DNA of 64,000 nt from Octopus bimaculoides (Eukaryota), in the NCBI RefSeq assembly GCF_001194135.2, contig NC_068986.1, forward strand, positions 2,455,017-2,519,016. The letters are read 5' to 3'. Below the pieces are notes generated by a model. It ran no database searches, was not told where the DNA came from, and worked only from the letters and a program-made list of their open reading frames with translations. This document shows, one piece after another, positions 50,863 through 59,334 of this stretch. Each line of letters opens with the position of its first letter. Position 1 is the first letter of the stretch. A program made the position numbers and the translations under genes.

Positions 50863-52853
50863 NNNNNNNNNNNNNNNNNNNNNNNNNNNNNNNNNNNNNN
50901 NNNNNNNNNNNNNNNNNNNNNNNNNNNNNNNNNNNNNNNNNNNNNNNNNNNNNNNNNNNNNNNNNNNNNNNNNNNNNNNNNNNNNNNNNNNNNNNNNNNN
51001 NNNNNNNNNNNNNNNNNNNNNNNNNNNNNNNNNNNNNNNNNNNNNNNNNNNNNNNNNNNNNNNNNNNNNNNNNNNNNNNNNNNNNNNNNNNNNNNNNNNN
51101 NNNNNNNNNNNNNNNNNNNNNNNNNNNNNNNNNNNNNNNNNNNNNNNNNNNNNNNNNNNNNNNNNNNNNNNNNNNNNNNNNNNNNNNNNNNNNNNNNNNN
51201 NNNNNNNNNNNNNNNNNNNNNNNNNNNNNNNNNNNNNNNNNNNNNNNNNNNNNNNNNNNNNNNNNNNNNNNNNNNNNNNNNNNNNNNNNNNNNNNNNNNN
51301 NNNNNATATATATATATATATATATATAAATTTAGATAGATAGATAGATAGATATAATCATTTGTTCATTCATTTAGCATCTATTTTTCCATACTACCAT
51401 TGGTTGGACAAGGAAATATTTAAAATAGGATGTTCTTCCTGTTGCTGGCTCTTACCTCTTTGTCAAGGGATTTTTTTATTCTACTTGTTTGTACAATTGC
51501 TCTTAATGTCAACTGCACACACGCACACGCACACATTCAGATTTTCTTATTTTAATTTTTCAGCCTTTTCAGCTCACGAGCGTGCTGAGTTTCTTATCAA
51601 AACTGTTCCGTCATTACTGTTGATATGTCAAGCATTTCCACCATTGTGTGAAGACGTTACCAGCTTACTCATGCAAATAGGACGTGTTTGTATTGCAACC
51701 CTCAGCTCAACCAGCAACGTCATGCAAACAGGTATGCATCCAACTTTTAACATTGTAGAACACCTGAAGGTTTTAAATGCAAATTATTTTGTTGTTGTTG
51801 TTGTTTTTTGATGGTTTTGTTGTTCACTAGTTCTCAGCCTGTTTTCTTCATGCAGACAATCTTTGAAACAAGAGTTGCTACTTAAACAGTGACGAGCAAC
51901 TTATAAATCTTGTACGTTAGCTCTGCTGTGTCTGAGTTGTGTAGCACCACAGTTTGTCACTGTTGCACCAGAGTTGACCATGTGGTGTGCAGTGTGACAT
52001 TGAAAACATGTTGCGTCTGTTGTGCTATCCAATGTGTCATTGATCAGAAGTTTTGATGATGTCTGTTGTAGTTCTGGGTAAAGTTGTTGTTGTTGTTGTT
52101 GAGGAGCCCTGAATAACCAGAATTATCATCAAAGGTGTTCAAGCTGTGAATATCACATCTTTGTCCCAGGCACTGTGTACTCAGGACTACATTGTCCAAT
52201 GTGCCTTTGTCTAAGTTGGTAGGTTGTAATTTGAGAGAGATTTGGCTACTACTTTTAGCAAGTCAAGCAATATGTAGAAACTCCTCCATTGGTGGGAGAT
52301 GGAAAAAGTCGATGCAGTCTGAGACACTGACATTTTATACAGAAGATGAGTCTTTTTGAGTCTTGTCTAGCAATTGATAAAGCAGTTTTATGCTGATAAA
52401 TATTTTGTGCTTGTCTGAAGGAATAGATTTGAGAGATAAAGATTTTAAAATGATTCTTTATTAGCAAGTCAATATGTTTAGATGTCTCAACAGTGTTTGT
52501 TTAATCAATTATTCACCTGTGTCTCAGATACAGTCATATCCTTATTCATCTGATAGTCAAAAATTTCTGTGCTGATTTGTAAATTCAAGTCATCTTTTTT
52601 TTTCCTTTTTATCAAAATAGAGAAAATAAATTCTCATCAGTATTTCTCATGTCTTAATTTTCTTTTCTCTTCTTTCTTTTTAGCTTTTATCAATAACAAA
52701 GACTCGTTTGATCACTCTGATGCAAACATCAGAAAAGTTACAACATTTGTCAAAGGAACTTTGTCTGGACAATACTTTAAACTAAACCAAATTGTGCGCT
52801 CCACATTCTCAGAAATAGTTCAGAAAGCTGTCGTGATGCGAAATATTTACTGA
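21530..52853 (+). CDS. INTS2: Integrator complex subunit 2, whole gene, 23 coding exons, 3534 nt, 1177 aa
   Basis: Hand-spliced exons give one uninterrupted frame with recognisable INTS2 motifs from N- to C-terminus: LVRMALC, SIDFHSLEQD, FHSNQ, IFTQEIFTEQV, DWIYKQ, MPRRL, DPLVVLQCD, LREVQCLICSFLHQMYIADPNLAKLVHFQGYP, AFPPL. All 22 introns are GT-AG. Confidence 0.97.
23125..23445 (-). mobile_element. RTE-type LINE fragment in INTS2 intron 1
   Basis: LSRAANLKEEVDSRISKASIATGRL ... QLLYSKL*GK...KGCLKVSLKD, typical of the RTE RT C-terminus. Confidence 0.7.
24063..24201 (+). CDS. INTS2: INTS2 exon 2
   Basis: tttag acceptor; EKIGSNQSESALISQLEQGLSLEFERSDCAHRIRLVLSEIFFIIGQ; CAG|GTAAAA. Confidence 0.94.
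24418..24517 (+). CDS. INTS2: INTS2 exon 3
   Basis: IKESKDFYVKSSELFECEIYLEDISDVLCIAQA; ttgcag / GTAATT. Confidence 0.94.
25640..25753 (+). CDS. INTS2: INTS2 exon 4
   Basis: ELPSLLPIVSLANALLSVKNGSWLLCRLVANSPDCFHE; ttccag / GTTTGT. Confidence 0.94.
26530..26660 (+). CDS. INTS2: INTS2 exon 5
   Basis: VCKHLVSHGDKVDEDSIAGQRRMTMLQMLCSMNPSETLTVRSLC; tttcag / GTGAGT. Confidence 0.94.
27206..27400 (+). CDS. INTS2: INTS2 exon 6
   Basis: VQHCAMPGLTISLSL...FITGLLLGPDQNVRTWFSQYIKSGQK; tttag / GTCAGT. Confidence 0.94.
28032..28198 (+). CDS. INTS2: INTS2 exon 7
   Basis: KKKGKMVLLISLRETLLELLQEILP...VIKASSFIRLYCALKGMAAFK; tttag / GTAAGT. Confidence 0.92.
28449..28610. repeat. 66-bp unit repeated about 2.5 times inside an RTE-tailed SINE
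   Basis: GTGCTTTTTACGTGCCACC... recurs at about 28449, 28515 and 28581. Confidence 0.8.
29049..29174 (+). CDS. INTS2: INTS2 exon 8
   Basis: FTDQEMKLILDLITSQPPLTAAGARFVSLGLCFLISSPYFM; gacag / GTAAGT. Confidence 0.94.
29937..30008 (+). CDS. INTS2: INTS2 exon 9
   Basis: TSEQEGQVTEWVRWLMKFGDSFE; tttcag / GTGAGT. Confidence 0.93.
31036..31147 (+). CDS. INTS2: INTS2 exon 10
   Basis: ETGGTSFEELLFLIAIHFHSNQTYAIADLVSATLGMK; ctcag / GTAATG. Confidence 0.95.
31553..31621 (+). CDS. INTS2: INTS2 exon 11
   Basis: SPVKSNTLTKLRYIFTQEIFTEQ; ttttag / GTAAGA. Confidence 0.94.
31850..32067 (+). mobile_element. TTAA-flanked piggyBac-like MITE (about 215 bp)
   Basis: Ends CCCTTTAGCATT / AATCTTAAAGGG + TTAA. 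Related copies at 36552-36759, 38483-38695, 57828-58036, and partials at about 12990-13200, 23720-23875, 46420-46530. Confidence 0.75.
32615..32749 (+). CDS. INTS2: INTS2 exon 12
   Basis: VITMHAVKVPVTPQLNANMTGYLPVHSIYQLLKSYSFAKHKVPIK; tttcag / GTAAGT. Confidence 0.95.
33476..33791 (+). CDS. INTS2: INTS2 exon 13
   Basis: DWIYKQMLNSSVPLHTKLPLLIEVYVNSIL...PQLLMLYYMLLYEDSLLNNMRSI; tttcag / GTAAGT. Confidence 0.95.
35064..35190 (+). CDS. INTS2: INTS2 exon 14
   Basis: SCNRKIKVYPEYVMEEIPINFLIQEAQKNQHFYAGLFSPLLR; tttcag / GTTAGT. Confidence 0.93.
36273..36406 (+). CDS. INTS2: INTS2 exon 15
   Basis: LLATHYPHLCLVEDWLGESVAPVGLLPSLGASSKNVCTPDAFQK; ttgcag / GTAAAT. Confidence 0.94.
36552..36759 (-). 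mobile_element. TTAA-flanked piggyBac-like MITE, opposite orientation
   Basis: TTAA at 36548-36551 and 36760-36763; begins CCCTTTAGCATTTAAACC. Confidence 0.75.
38247..38457 (+). CDS. INTS2: INTS2 exon 16
   Basis: AVDDVAKKQQCPLAIFQLLDSLLLIPARDLLVYAD...VPRRVQDLIKKIWFRLHGLMPR; caacag / GTAATT. Confidence 0.94.
38483..38695 (+). mobile_element. piggyBac-like MITE 25 nt downstream of INTS2 exon 16
   Basis: CCCTTTAGCATTCAGATT...TTTAAATGCGAAAGTG; flanks degenerate to TCAA. Confidence 0.7.
38729..39118 (+). mobile_element. Full-length tRNA-derived SINE with (AAC)n tail and 11-bp TSD
   Basis: tRNA-like head (GGCCCAGTG...GACTCGCGGTC...GGTTTCGATTCCC); TSD GAATTAGTATC 38718-38728 / GAATTTGTATC 39119-39129. 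A degenerate 3' fragment of the same family is at about 26775-26900 in reverse. Confidence 0.85.
39697..39822. mobile_element. Small degenerate MITE
   Basis: Ends AGGACAATTACCC / GGTGTAAATGTCCT are approximate reverse complements. Confidence 0.45.
39999..40127 (+). CDS. INTS2: INTS2 exon 17
   Basis: LRLMTVNALRINHNGVKSAVPVSENDITVDPLVVLQCDNRVF; tttcag / GTAAGT. Confidence 0.94.
40360..40568 (+). mobile_element. Mariner-derived internally deleted MITE, copy 2 (third partial copy at about 63945-64000)
   Basis: tgaaaagttcctggcttt ... aaagctaggaacttttcaacacccccTCATA; retains the transposase tail [21 protein letters not shown]. Confidence 0.75.
43093..43375 (+). CDS. INTS2: INTS2 exon 18
   Basis: CPPVLEIVLRVLEAYIQACRVFLSSHI...ERKELKNALTSAQESAVVQILLECCLRQPDEM; tttcag / GTAAGC. 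Confidence 0.95.
44304..44313. other. Assembly gap (10 N) with duplicated flanks
   Basis: Run of N between two near-identical SINE segments. Confidence 0.99.
45400..45685. repeat. 59-bp inverted repeat (1 mismatch) with 168-bp spacer, INTS2 intron 18
   Basis: Arms 45400-45458 and 45627-45685. Confidence 0.95.
45770..46045 (-). mobile_element. Decayed mariner transposase C-terminal fragment
   Basis: KKHLAGNQYHRDDDIIPAVDDFF...GIQAL, preceded by a frameshifted HPPYSPDLAP-like segment. Confidence 0.7.
46147..46257 (+). CDS. INTS2: INTS2 exon 19
   Basis: KETSLLSNLREVQCLICSFLHQMYIADPNLAKLVHFQ; tttcag / GTAAAC. Confidence 0.96.
46624..46785 (+). repeat. 18-bp tandem repeat x9, INTS2 intron 19
   Basis: Consensus about CCATCGATGGCCTCTGCT; nine degenerate units with no indels. 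Confidence 0.9.
46964..47071 (+). CDS. INTS2: INTS2 exon 20
   Basis: GYPSELLPITVAGIPSMHICFDFIPELLSQPQMEKQ; ttgcag / GTAAGT. Confidence 0.96.
47995..48372. repeat. Compound (TA)n/(TATG)n/(CA)n/(TG)n microsatellite
   Basis: Directly visible; source of several spurious YI-rich ORFs. Confidence 0.95.
48790..48916. mobile_element. 127-bp Tc1/mariner-type MITE, 28-bp TIRs, TA TSD
   Basis: CAGGGTGTCCACAAAGACTGGGTACATG (48790-48817) against its reverse complement at 48889-48916 (1 mismatch); TA on both sides. Confidence 0.9.
49504..49609 (+). CDS. INTS2: INTS2 exon 21
   Basis: MFAIELASYLCLQYALPKAMNIARVIINIMFTVLG; acceptor is the less common AAG (ctcttcaag); donor GTGAGT. Confidence 0.94.
50110..50480 (-). 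mobile_element. RTE-type LINE 3' fragment in INTS2 intron 21
   Basis: CLHWMNHIHSMSDGRI*KGLL*WNL resembles RLRWxGHVxRMxDxRIPKxLLYGEL. Confidence 0.6.
50863..51305. other. Assembly gap (N run) inside a (TA)n tract, INTS2 intron 21
   Basis: Run of N flanked by (TA)n on both sides. Confidence 0.99.
51564..51731 (+). CDS. INTS2: INTS2 exon 22
   Basis: AFSAHERAEFLIKTVPSLLLICQAFPPLCEDVTSLLMQIGRVCIATLSSTSNVMQT; tttcag / GTATGC. Confidence 0.94.
52684..52853 (+). CDS. INTS2: INTS2 exon 23 (terminal coding exon)
   Basis: AFINNKDSFDHSDANIRKVTTFVKGTLSGQYFKLNQIVRSTFSEIVQKAVVMRNIY*; ttttag acceptor, phase 1 fits. The C-terminus is poorly conserved. Confidence 0.85.
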
Positions 52854-53630
52854 ATTGTGCATTTTGATACCAGTTATGATCTTGTAGATAACGAAGCAAA
52901 TCATTTCCTCATTTCTTACATCTCATAATCATTTCTTCCTCAACCACTGCTTGCATACCAAACCACTCTCTTTTCACTAATCATCATTCATACATCATAC
53001 CTTTCAGTCAAGCATACAAAACCCACTTCATTTTGACCATTGCCCACTGACAGGATCATTTCATGACACATTAGCCCTTTCCATGTACTCTTTTGGATAC
53101 ATGCCATTTCTTCACATGTTCCTCTTTGGTTATACAACAGATCATTTTTATCCTGTCCATTCACTGACTTCTTAACAAATTATTTTAATTTCCTCATTGA
53201 TTATTTGAAATAAATATGGAGGGATGATGAAGTGAGAGTTTGCTGTTGTTGCTGTTACTGTCTTGTAGGAGGTCTATTTAATTATCTTTTATGTAATCAT
53301 GTACACAACAATTGTCTAGTAATATACTCCATTCAAATCCTGACATGGTCAACTTTTCTTTTCATCCTTCTGGAGTCAACATACTAAAGTATCAAGTTAC
53401 ATAAATTTGTAGTCTTTTGCATAAGTCGTAAATCAGTATTTACCATTTTGCTTTAGTTTTCATACGGAGAGCTTCTAAACAGCTCTTTATAAATATTCTC
53501 TCTAAATGAATTAAATATAATATTTAAACCAAAGTATTGCATTTTTAAAGATTAACTAATATAAAAATTTAATTAGATCCGATGATGTCAAATAAGTTTC
53601 TGGCTTATCAAGCTATATCATTTGTTAAGC

Positions 53631-53636
53631 AATAAA
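53631..53636 (+). terminator. Candidate INTS2 polyadenylation signal AATAAA
   Basis: AATAAA about 780 nt after the stop, followed by a GT/T-rich stretch. Another AATAAA lies at 53209-53214. Confidence 0.35.
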
Positions 53637-54465
53637 GTGTATATATTTTTAAGGTAAGAAAGATCTCCAATATGCATGTTATACATCCATGTGTGCGTAT
53701 ACATATATATATTGGTTTCAAATTTTGGTGCATGGCCAGCAATTTGGGGGTAGAGTAAGTCGATTCCATTGACCCTAGTGCTCAACTGGTACTTATTTTA
53801 TCAACCTCGAAAGGATGAAGAGAAAAGTCGACCTCAGTGGAATTTGAACTCAGAATGTAAAGACATAAAGCATGCCCATTATGCTAACAATTCTGCCAGC
53901 TCACCACCTCGTATATACATATATATTTATATGTATGTCTGTGTAGGTTGGGCATACAATATATTCCAAATCTGTGATCAAAGTGTAAGTCAAAAATAAT
54001 TAAACTGAAATTAAAAGTATGACAATAAAATTAATGTAGTAAAGGTATTCAACACAAAATGTCATTTTCTTTCACAATATGCAAATGTTCAAATTTGTAC
54101 CAACCATGTACCTTAGCAGCAATGGAGTAAGTATATGTAAAATCCATAATCCTCTTACACATACATGCCACATGCTTGTACTCATTTAAACTTGCATATA
54201 TGCATGCATTTTGTCCTTCTTGACTGTGCATCAAATCCAATTATGATTCTAAGAATGATGGACAGTACACCTTCTCCTCAACTTACAACTCCAGTTCCGT
54301 TCCAACCGACCGGTTGTAAGTCAATCTGGTCACATAGTGGATTTATATTTTTCAACACTATTTTCATTCTTGCAGCTGATGCTTGAAATCAACTGAGTGA
54401 GAGACACAAAGTACAAACACAAAGACACTCACACATAAAAATATACATATATATATATATATATA

Positions 54466-54898
54466 TATTGAATCATCCCATAATGCGTTTTTTTCAATTG
54501 CATGAATTAAAAGTTGGAGGGGGATGGGATAAACTACCTGCATCAACTTGCTATAAAAGCAGGTAGTTATTTTACCTTGTGCTATTCTTAGTGCAAATTT
54601 CGAAGAGTGCAGTTCGATTTTAACAGCTATTTTTTCAAAGCTATAATGAAAGTCACAAAGGAATATATTCAGCTTATTTTGCTTTATGAGTTCAATAAAG
54701 GCAACAACGCAACAGAAAGTGTGAGGAATATTAATGCAGTATATGGGGATCAGACAATAAACGTAAACCAGTGTCAACGATGGTTCCAGAAACTACAGCC
54801 TAGAAGACTAGCCTCATTCTAGAAGATCTGTAGAGCTTGACAAGGACGTCCTGCAAATCTTGGTGGAACAAAATCCCATTGTAACTATTGAGGAACTA
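54466..54898 (+). mobile_element. Mariner 5' fragment with TATA box and transposase N-terminal HTH
   Basis: ATG at 54646: MKVTKEYIQLILLYEFNKGNNATESVRNINAVYGDQTINVNQCQRWFQK ... SVELDKDVLQILVEQNPIVTIEEL; CTATAAAA at 54551-54558. Confidence 0.8.
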
Positions 54899-55211
54899 TA
54901 CAGAAAGATATATATAAAGACCTTCAATGGCAATAATTATTTGAAATTATGATTTAGGGTATTTAAGAGACACCACCATGCTGAAAATAGCAGCCAATGA
55001 GTGAGATACAGTATTGAGGGAGATAAAAAGTATAATGGAAGGACAAAAGCAGGTGTCCCGATGAAGAGGTGAATACATAGTTCCCCTGTCTGGAAAGAGA
55101 GAGATGAGATCATGGTACAATGTGAATGTAAAAGAGAACAGAGGAACAGAAAAGTGTTTTTATTAAGATTAATTGATTTTGAGATAATTTTTAACTGAAG
55201 ATAATTTTGTC

Positions 55212-55485
55212 ATATTCTGTTGTGTCTGGGGAGAGTCATTCTCTTTTAGTGCCTTATAATTTAACACATTCACCAGTAAAATTTCCACTTATTTATTTTT
55301 TATTTTTCTAAAATTTTTGTTGTGTCTAGCAACCTTTTCAATAGTTTTGACTCTATTCAAAAGGTTGCAAGACGCAACGAAAACTTTAGAGAAATGAAAA
55401 AGAAATAAGTGGAAATTTTACTGGTGAGTGTGTTAAATTGTAAGGCACTAAAAGAGAATGACTCTCCCCAGACACCACAGAATAT
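55212..55485. mobile_element. Fully palindromic MITE (133-bp arms, 8-nt loop)
   Basis: Arms 55212-55344 and 55353-55485 are reverse complements with scattered mismatches and no net indel. Confidence 0.85.
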
Positions 55486-56112
55486 ACTTCAACACACGAA
55501 CTCGCATAAGGAATCTTGCAAACCAAATCCCAAAATGAAATTTTGTAACAGCTTTTGCTTTTTGTTTTGTATTTTCAAACTCAAATTAATATCTGCTCAT
55601 TTGTATAAGGAAAGACAGGCATGGCTGTGTAATAAGAAGCTTGCTTCCCAACCACATGATTCAGGGTTCAGTCCCACTGCATGGCACCTTGTCCAAGTGT
55701 CTTCTACTATAGCTTTGGACTGACTAAAGCCTTGTGAGTTAGATGAAAACTGTAAGAAACCCATTGTGTGTGTGTGTGTATACATGCAATGCAAACTCTG
55801 CACATGGGTAGGTCACAGAAAGTTCAACAACAAAACTAAGTTTATTTACACAATATTTGATGACTTATATGAATAAACACTCACTTTATATTGCTTTCTC
55901 AATGTATACAGATATACAAACACACACACACACACACACATGGCCAAGAGAAAAGTTCATTTGGATTGTATTAGGAGACATGTATTAGTGTAGGAGTTTT
56001 TTTAATGTCTTATTTGTTTGATGTTTTATAAACAGTGAGCATTATTATTAAGTTCTCTCACTGCAGGTTTTTAAGTGAAGTTTGTTTATAAAATATTTGA
56101 TTACTTATATAT

Positions 56113-56299
56113 CAGTGCTCTGCAACCTTTTTTTAACTTGTGGTACACTTATATTCTTTACAAAATTTGGCGGCACATCTGAACTAAAAATATAAGTAAA
56201 AGTATAGGAGGCAAAATTATATTTAGGTTACACTGTAGAACACCTAGTATCCTCTCATGGCACACCAGTGTGCCACAGCATACCACTTGCGGAGCACTA
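56113..56299. mobile_element. hAT/Charlie-type MITE with approximately 8-bp TSD
   Basis: Ends CAGTGCTCTGCAA / TTGCGGAGCACTA; flanks ACTTATAT (56103-56110, plus an extra AT) and ACTTCTAT (56300-56307). Confidence 0.7.
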
Positions 56300-56358
56300 A
56301 CTTCTATGAATAAACACTCACTTTGTTTTGTTTTCTCAATATATACACACACACATTT

Positions 56359-56573
56359 AAGGTGACGAGCTGGCAGAAACGTTACCCCACCGGGTGAAAT
56401 GTTTAGCAGTATTTCATATGTCTTTATGTTCTGAGTTCAAATTCCGCCGAGGTCGACTTTGCTTTTCATCCTTTCAGGGTCAATAAATTAAGTACCAGTT
56501 GCATACTGAGGTTTATTTAATCAACTGACCCCGTCCCCAAAGATTTTGGGCCTTGTGCCTAGAGTAGAAAAGA
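56359..56573 (+). mobile_element. SINE with conserved central domain resembling the Deu/Nin domain
   Basis: GAGCTGGCAGAA...GAGTTCAAATTCCGCCGAGGTCGACTTTGCTTTTCATCCTTTCAGGGTCAATAAATTAAGTACCAG. Copies at about 4950-5075, 6175-6380, 12760-12975, 34150-34300, 53715-53890 (minus) and 28770-28975, 42375-42585, 47140-47360, 58850-59060, 61860-62290 (plus). The Nin assignment is from memory of the domain. Confidence 0.7.
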
Positions 56574-58221
56574 ACATATACACACAGATACAAACACACA
56601 CACACAGATACAAACACACACACACACATATGTCATTGCTATTGATTAAGTCCAGTGACCTCCTACATGAGCAGATATATGGCACAGAGCTGGCCCAATG
56701 CTAAAGGTTTTGGTTGGTTGGTTTACATTATTATTAAGTTGTCTCACTGCAGGTTTTAAGTGAAGAATCCATGTGAAATTGCTTAAAATCCCTGGGGCAT
56801 AATGTGAATGTAGTTTATGAAGACGAGATGATATTGAGCAACTTAAATGAGAAGTGTTCAGTTCAGTGTAATAATTATTGTTAGTCTACTAGAAATAACT
56901 TTATGTAGTAGTTGTGTATGTAAGGTGCATTCTGTGTTGTGCGTGTTATTTACTGTCTTCCTTTCTTTTTTCCATCTTGTCATTCACATTTCCTGTTAAT
57001 TTCATTTTGTTAACCAAGTTTCAAGACTCATGGTGAAGCAAAGATCTCACCACAGAAGTTAGATTATGTTCAGACTGGTAACTGGAAATTTCATTATTTT
57101 AATTGGAACTCTAAAGATGGACTACTGGCTACTGTTACAGCTATCAGACTTTCTATGAAATTGGTAATAAACACTTCTTGTTTTGCTTTATTTTTTTAAC
57201 AATGAAATACTTTCAGAACTAAATGATTAAAGTCTATTTCCAAGAGTTACCAGTGTAAGAATGACTAATACTGACTGTCTCATTGTCTGATGAAGAAGAC
57301 ATTGCAATTGAGAATGGTAACTGTGAATTCCCTTCTGTGATAGAGATGCCAACTTTGTGGCTAGAGACTGTTAACTAATATCGTGTGTCAAAGGTTACTC
57401 AGTTACCCACAACGTATTGAAAGGATGAAAGAGATGGAGAAAGAAATAAAACAATATTTTTAATAATTTTATTTTTAGTAAAATATTCATATTTTATTGT
57501 TGTTACATGGTTTTTTGTTTTAGTTTTTCTTCACTGAGTCCAAACCAATATTATCTATCGAAAATTGTATTTAAATTTTTTATTTTTTATTTACCATTTT
57601 TTTTTTACTTTCAAGCAGTTGCTTTATTTTGTATTTCTACATTTCTTCTTCAACATTTACTAGTTTCAAATCCAAATCTATTTATTTTCACCTCTTACAA
57701 AAAAAAAAAAAAGCATGTTCAGTTCATCCTATGTACAGAAAATTCTATTTAATATTCTATGTAACCCTTTTAATACAAACCCACCAGAGACTTCCCTTGG
57801 TTCTGTTGTACAAATCTCCTGTTTTAACCCCTTAGTATTTGAGCAATCCATATCTGGCCCAAATATTATAACGGTTTTATGTTCAAACTGGTCAGATCTA
57901 GCCTCTCATACCTACCTTACAATGTCATTTAAAAAATAAACAGTCACATCAAAGCTACAAGACAAAGCATGATTAATTAAAAATAATGTGAATAGATAAG
58001 CATTATATTTGACAGAGTAATCTGAAGGCTAAAGAGTTCAAATGAACCACCATGGTGCAACTCAAACGATGATGGTCAGACACCATCAAGAAAAGCGTAC
58101 TATACAAAATACTAGTTTAGAAATCTAAAAAATCCAAGAGAAAATTTGTGATCCATAAAATCTATAAAATATTAGACTAAAAATTTTAATCAGTTTAGTA
58201 AATTTATAAAAATGTAAGTAT

Positions 58222-58402
58222 TATGTATGTATGTGTATGTGTGTGTATAGATGTATGTATATATGTATGTGTGTATGTATGTATGTTAGTATGTATTATT
58301 CATGTCCAGAATTTTAGAAGCTTTGAGCATGGCCTGTAGTCAAATGACTGAAACAAGAAGAAGAATAAAAGAATATATATAATATATATATATATGTATA
58401 TG

Positions 58403-58446
<44 letters not shown>
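58222..58446. repeat. (TATG)n and (TA)n microsatellites around a SINE tail
   Basis: Directly visible. Confidence 0.85.
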
Positions 58447-59334
58447 AGTCAATGAAGAGGTAAAGGTGGAAAGCTGACAGACAACTGAGAAGGTCAACAA
58501 GGTGAAAGAATGTTGCTCCTAAATCACTGACAAAACAATAATATCCATTGTCCTGCGTTTAAGGCTTGGCAAAAATATAACTAATAGAGATTCAGTGTAC
58601 TCAGTTCATATTTGCAGTCTATTCTAAGCTATGTGGTGTCCTGATCTGCTAGAAATAGAAACCAAGTCTCTCAGATCAGAGTCTCCCCTCTTGAAAAAGG
58701 AAGGACACATAGGATAATGTAATTCAAAGGAAGACCAGACGGTCATTGCTGGAACTCCTTTAATGTGTCCCTTAAGATCAGGGTTGATTAAGTAGTAAAC
58801 AACAACAGCATAGCCCATATCTATTTCTTGTTATTATTAAGAGAAATAAGGCCGTAAGCTGGCACATCCATTAGCACACTGGACCAAGTGCTTAGCGGCA
58901 TTTCATCCATCTTTATGCTCTGAACTCAAGTTCCATAGAGGTCAGTTTTGCTTTTCGTCCTTTTGGGGTTGATAAAATAAATACAAGTCTGGGGTGGATG
59001 TAATCAACTTACCCCTCCTTTCAAAAACTACCGTTCTTGAGCCAAAATTTGAAACCATTATTATTTAGAGAAATAATCTTCCATTTTGAGATAACTGCAT
59101 ATGATGAGGTTTTTTGTCTCTGTCAGCCCTAACATCAATTTATGTCTTGGTAAAAACAAAAGCAACAAGTAATTTCAAAATGCCTATCAGCTATTGCACT
59201 GAATGGACATTGGCTAATTTGTTTTACTGGGCTTTTAATTGTCAGAATGTCAGACAAAATGCTTAGTGGCATTTCTTCTAGTTCAGAGGTATTTGGATTC
59301 TTCAGAGTTCAAATATTTTCAGGGGCAATCAAAT

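Noticed and set aside
50717-51343. 208-aa and 193-aa ORFs
   Set aside because: Mostly N gap plus (TA)n.
21530-52853. Search for U12-type or GC-AG introns in INTS2 and MED31
   Set aside because: All 25 introns have ordinary GT donors without the RTATCCTT signature.
20771-57980. Other TTAATTAA octamers (about 20771, 23811, 27084, 42580, 57973)
   Set aside because: None extends into a longer palindrome, so the octamer alone is common; only 8440-8505 and 18013-18062 are notable.
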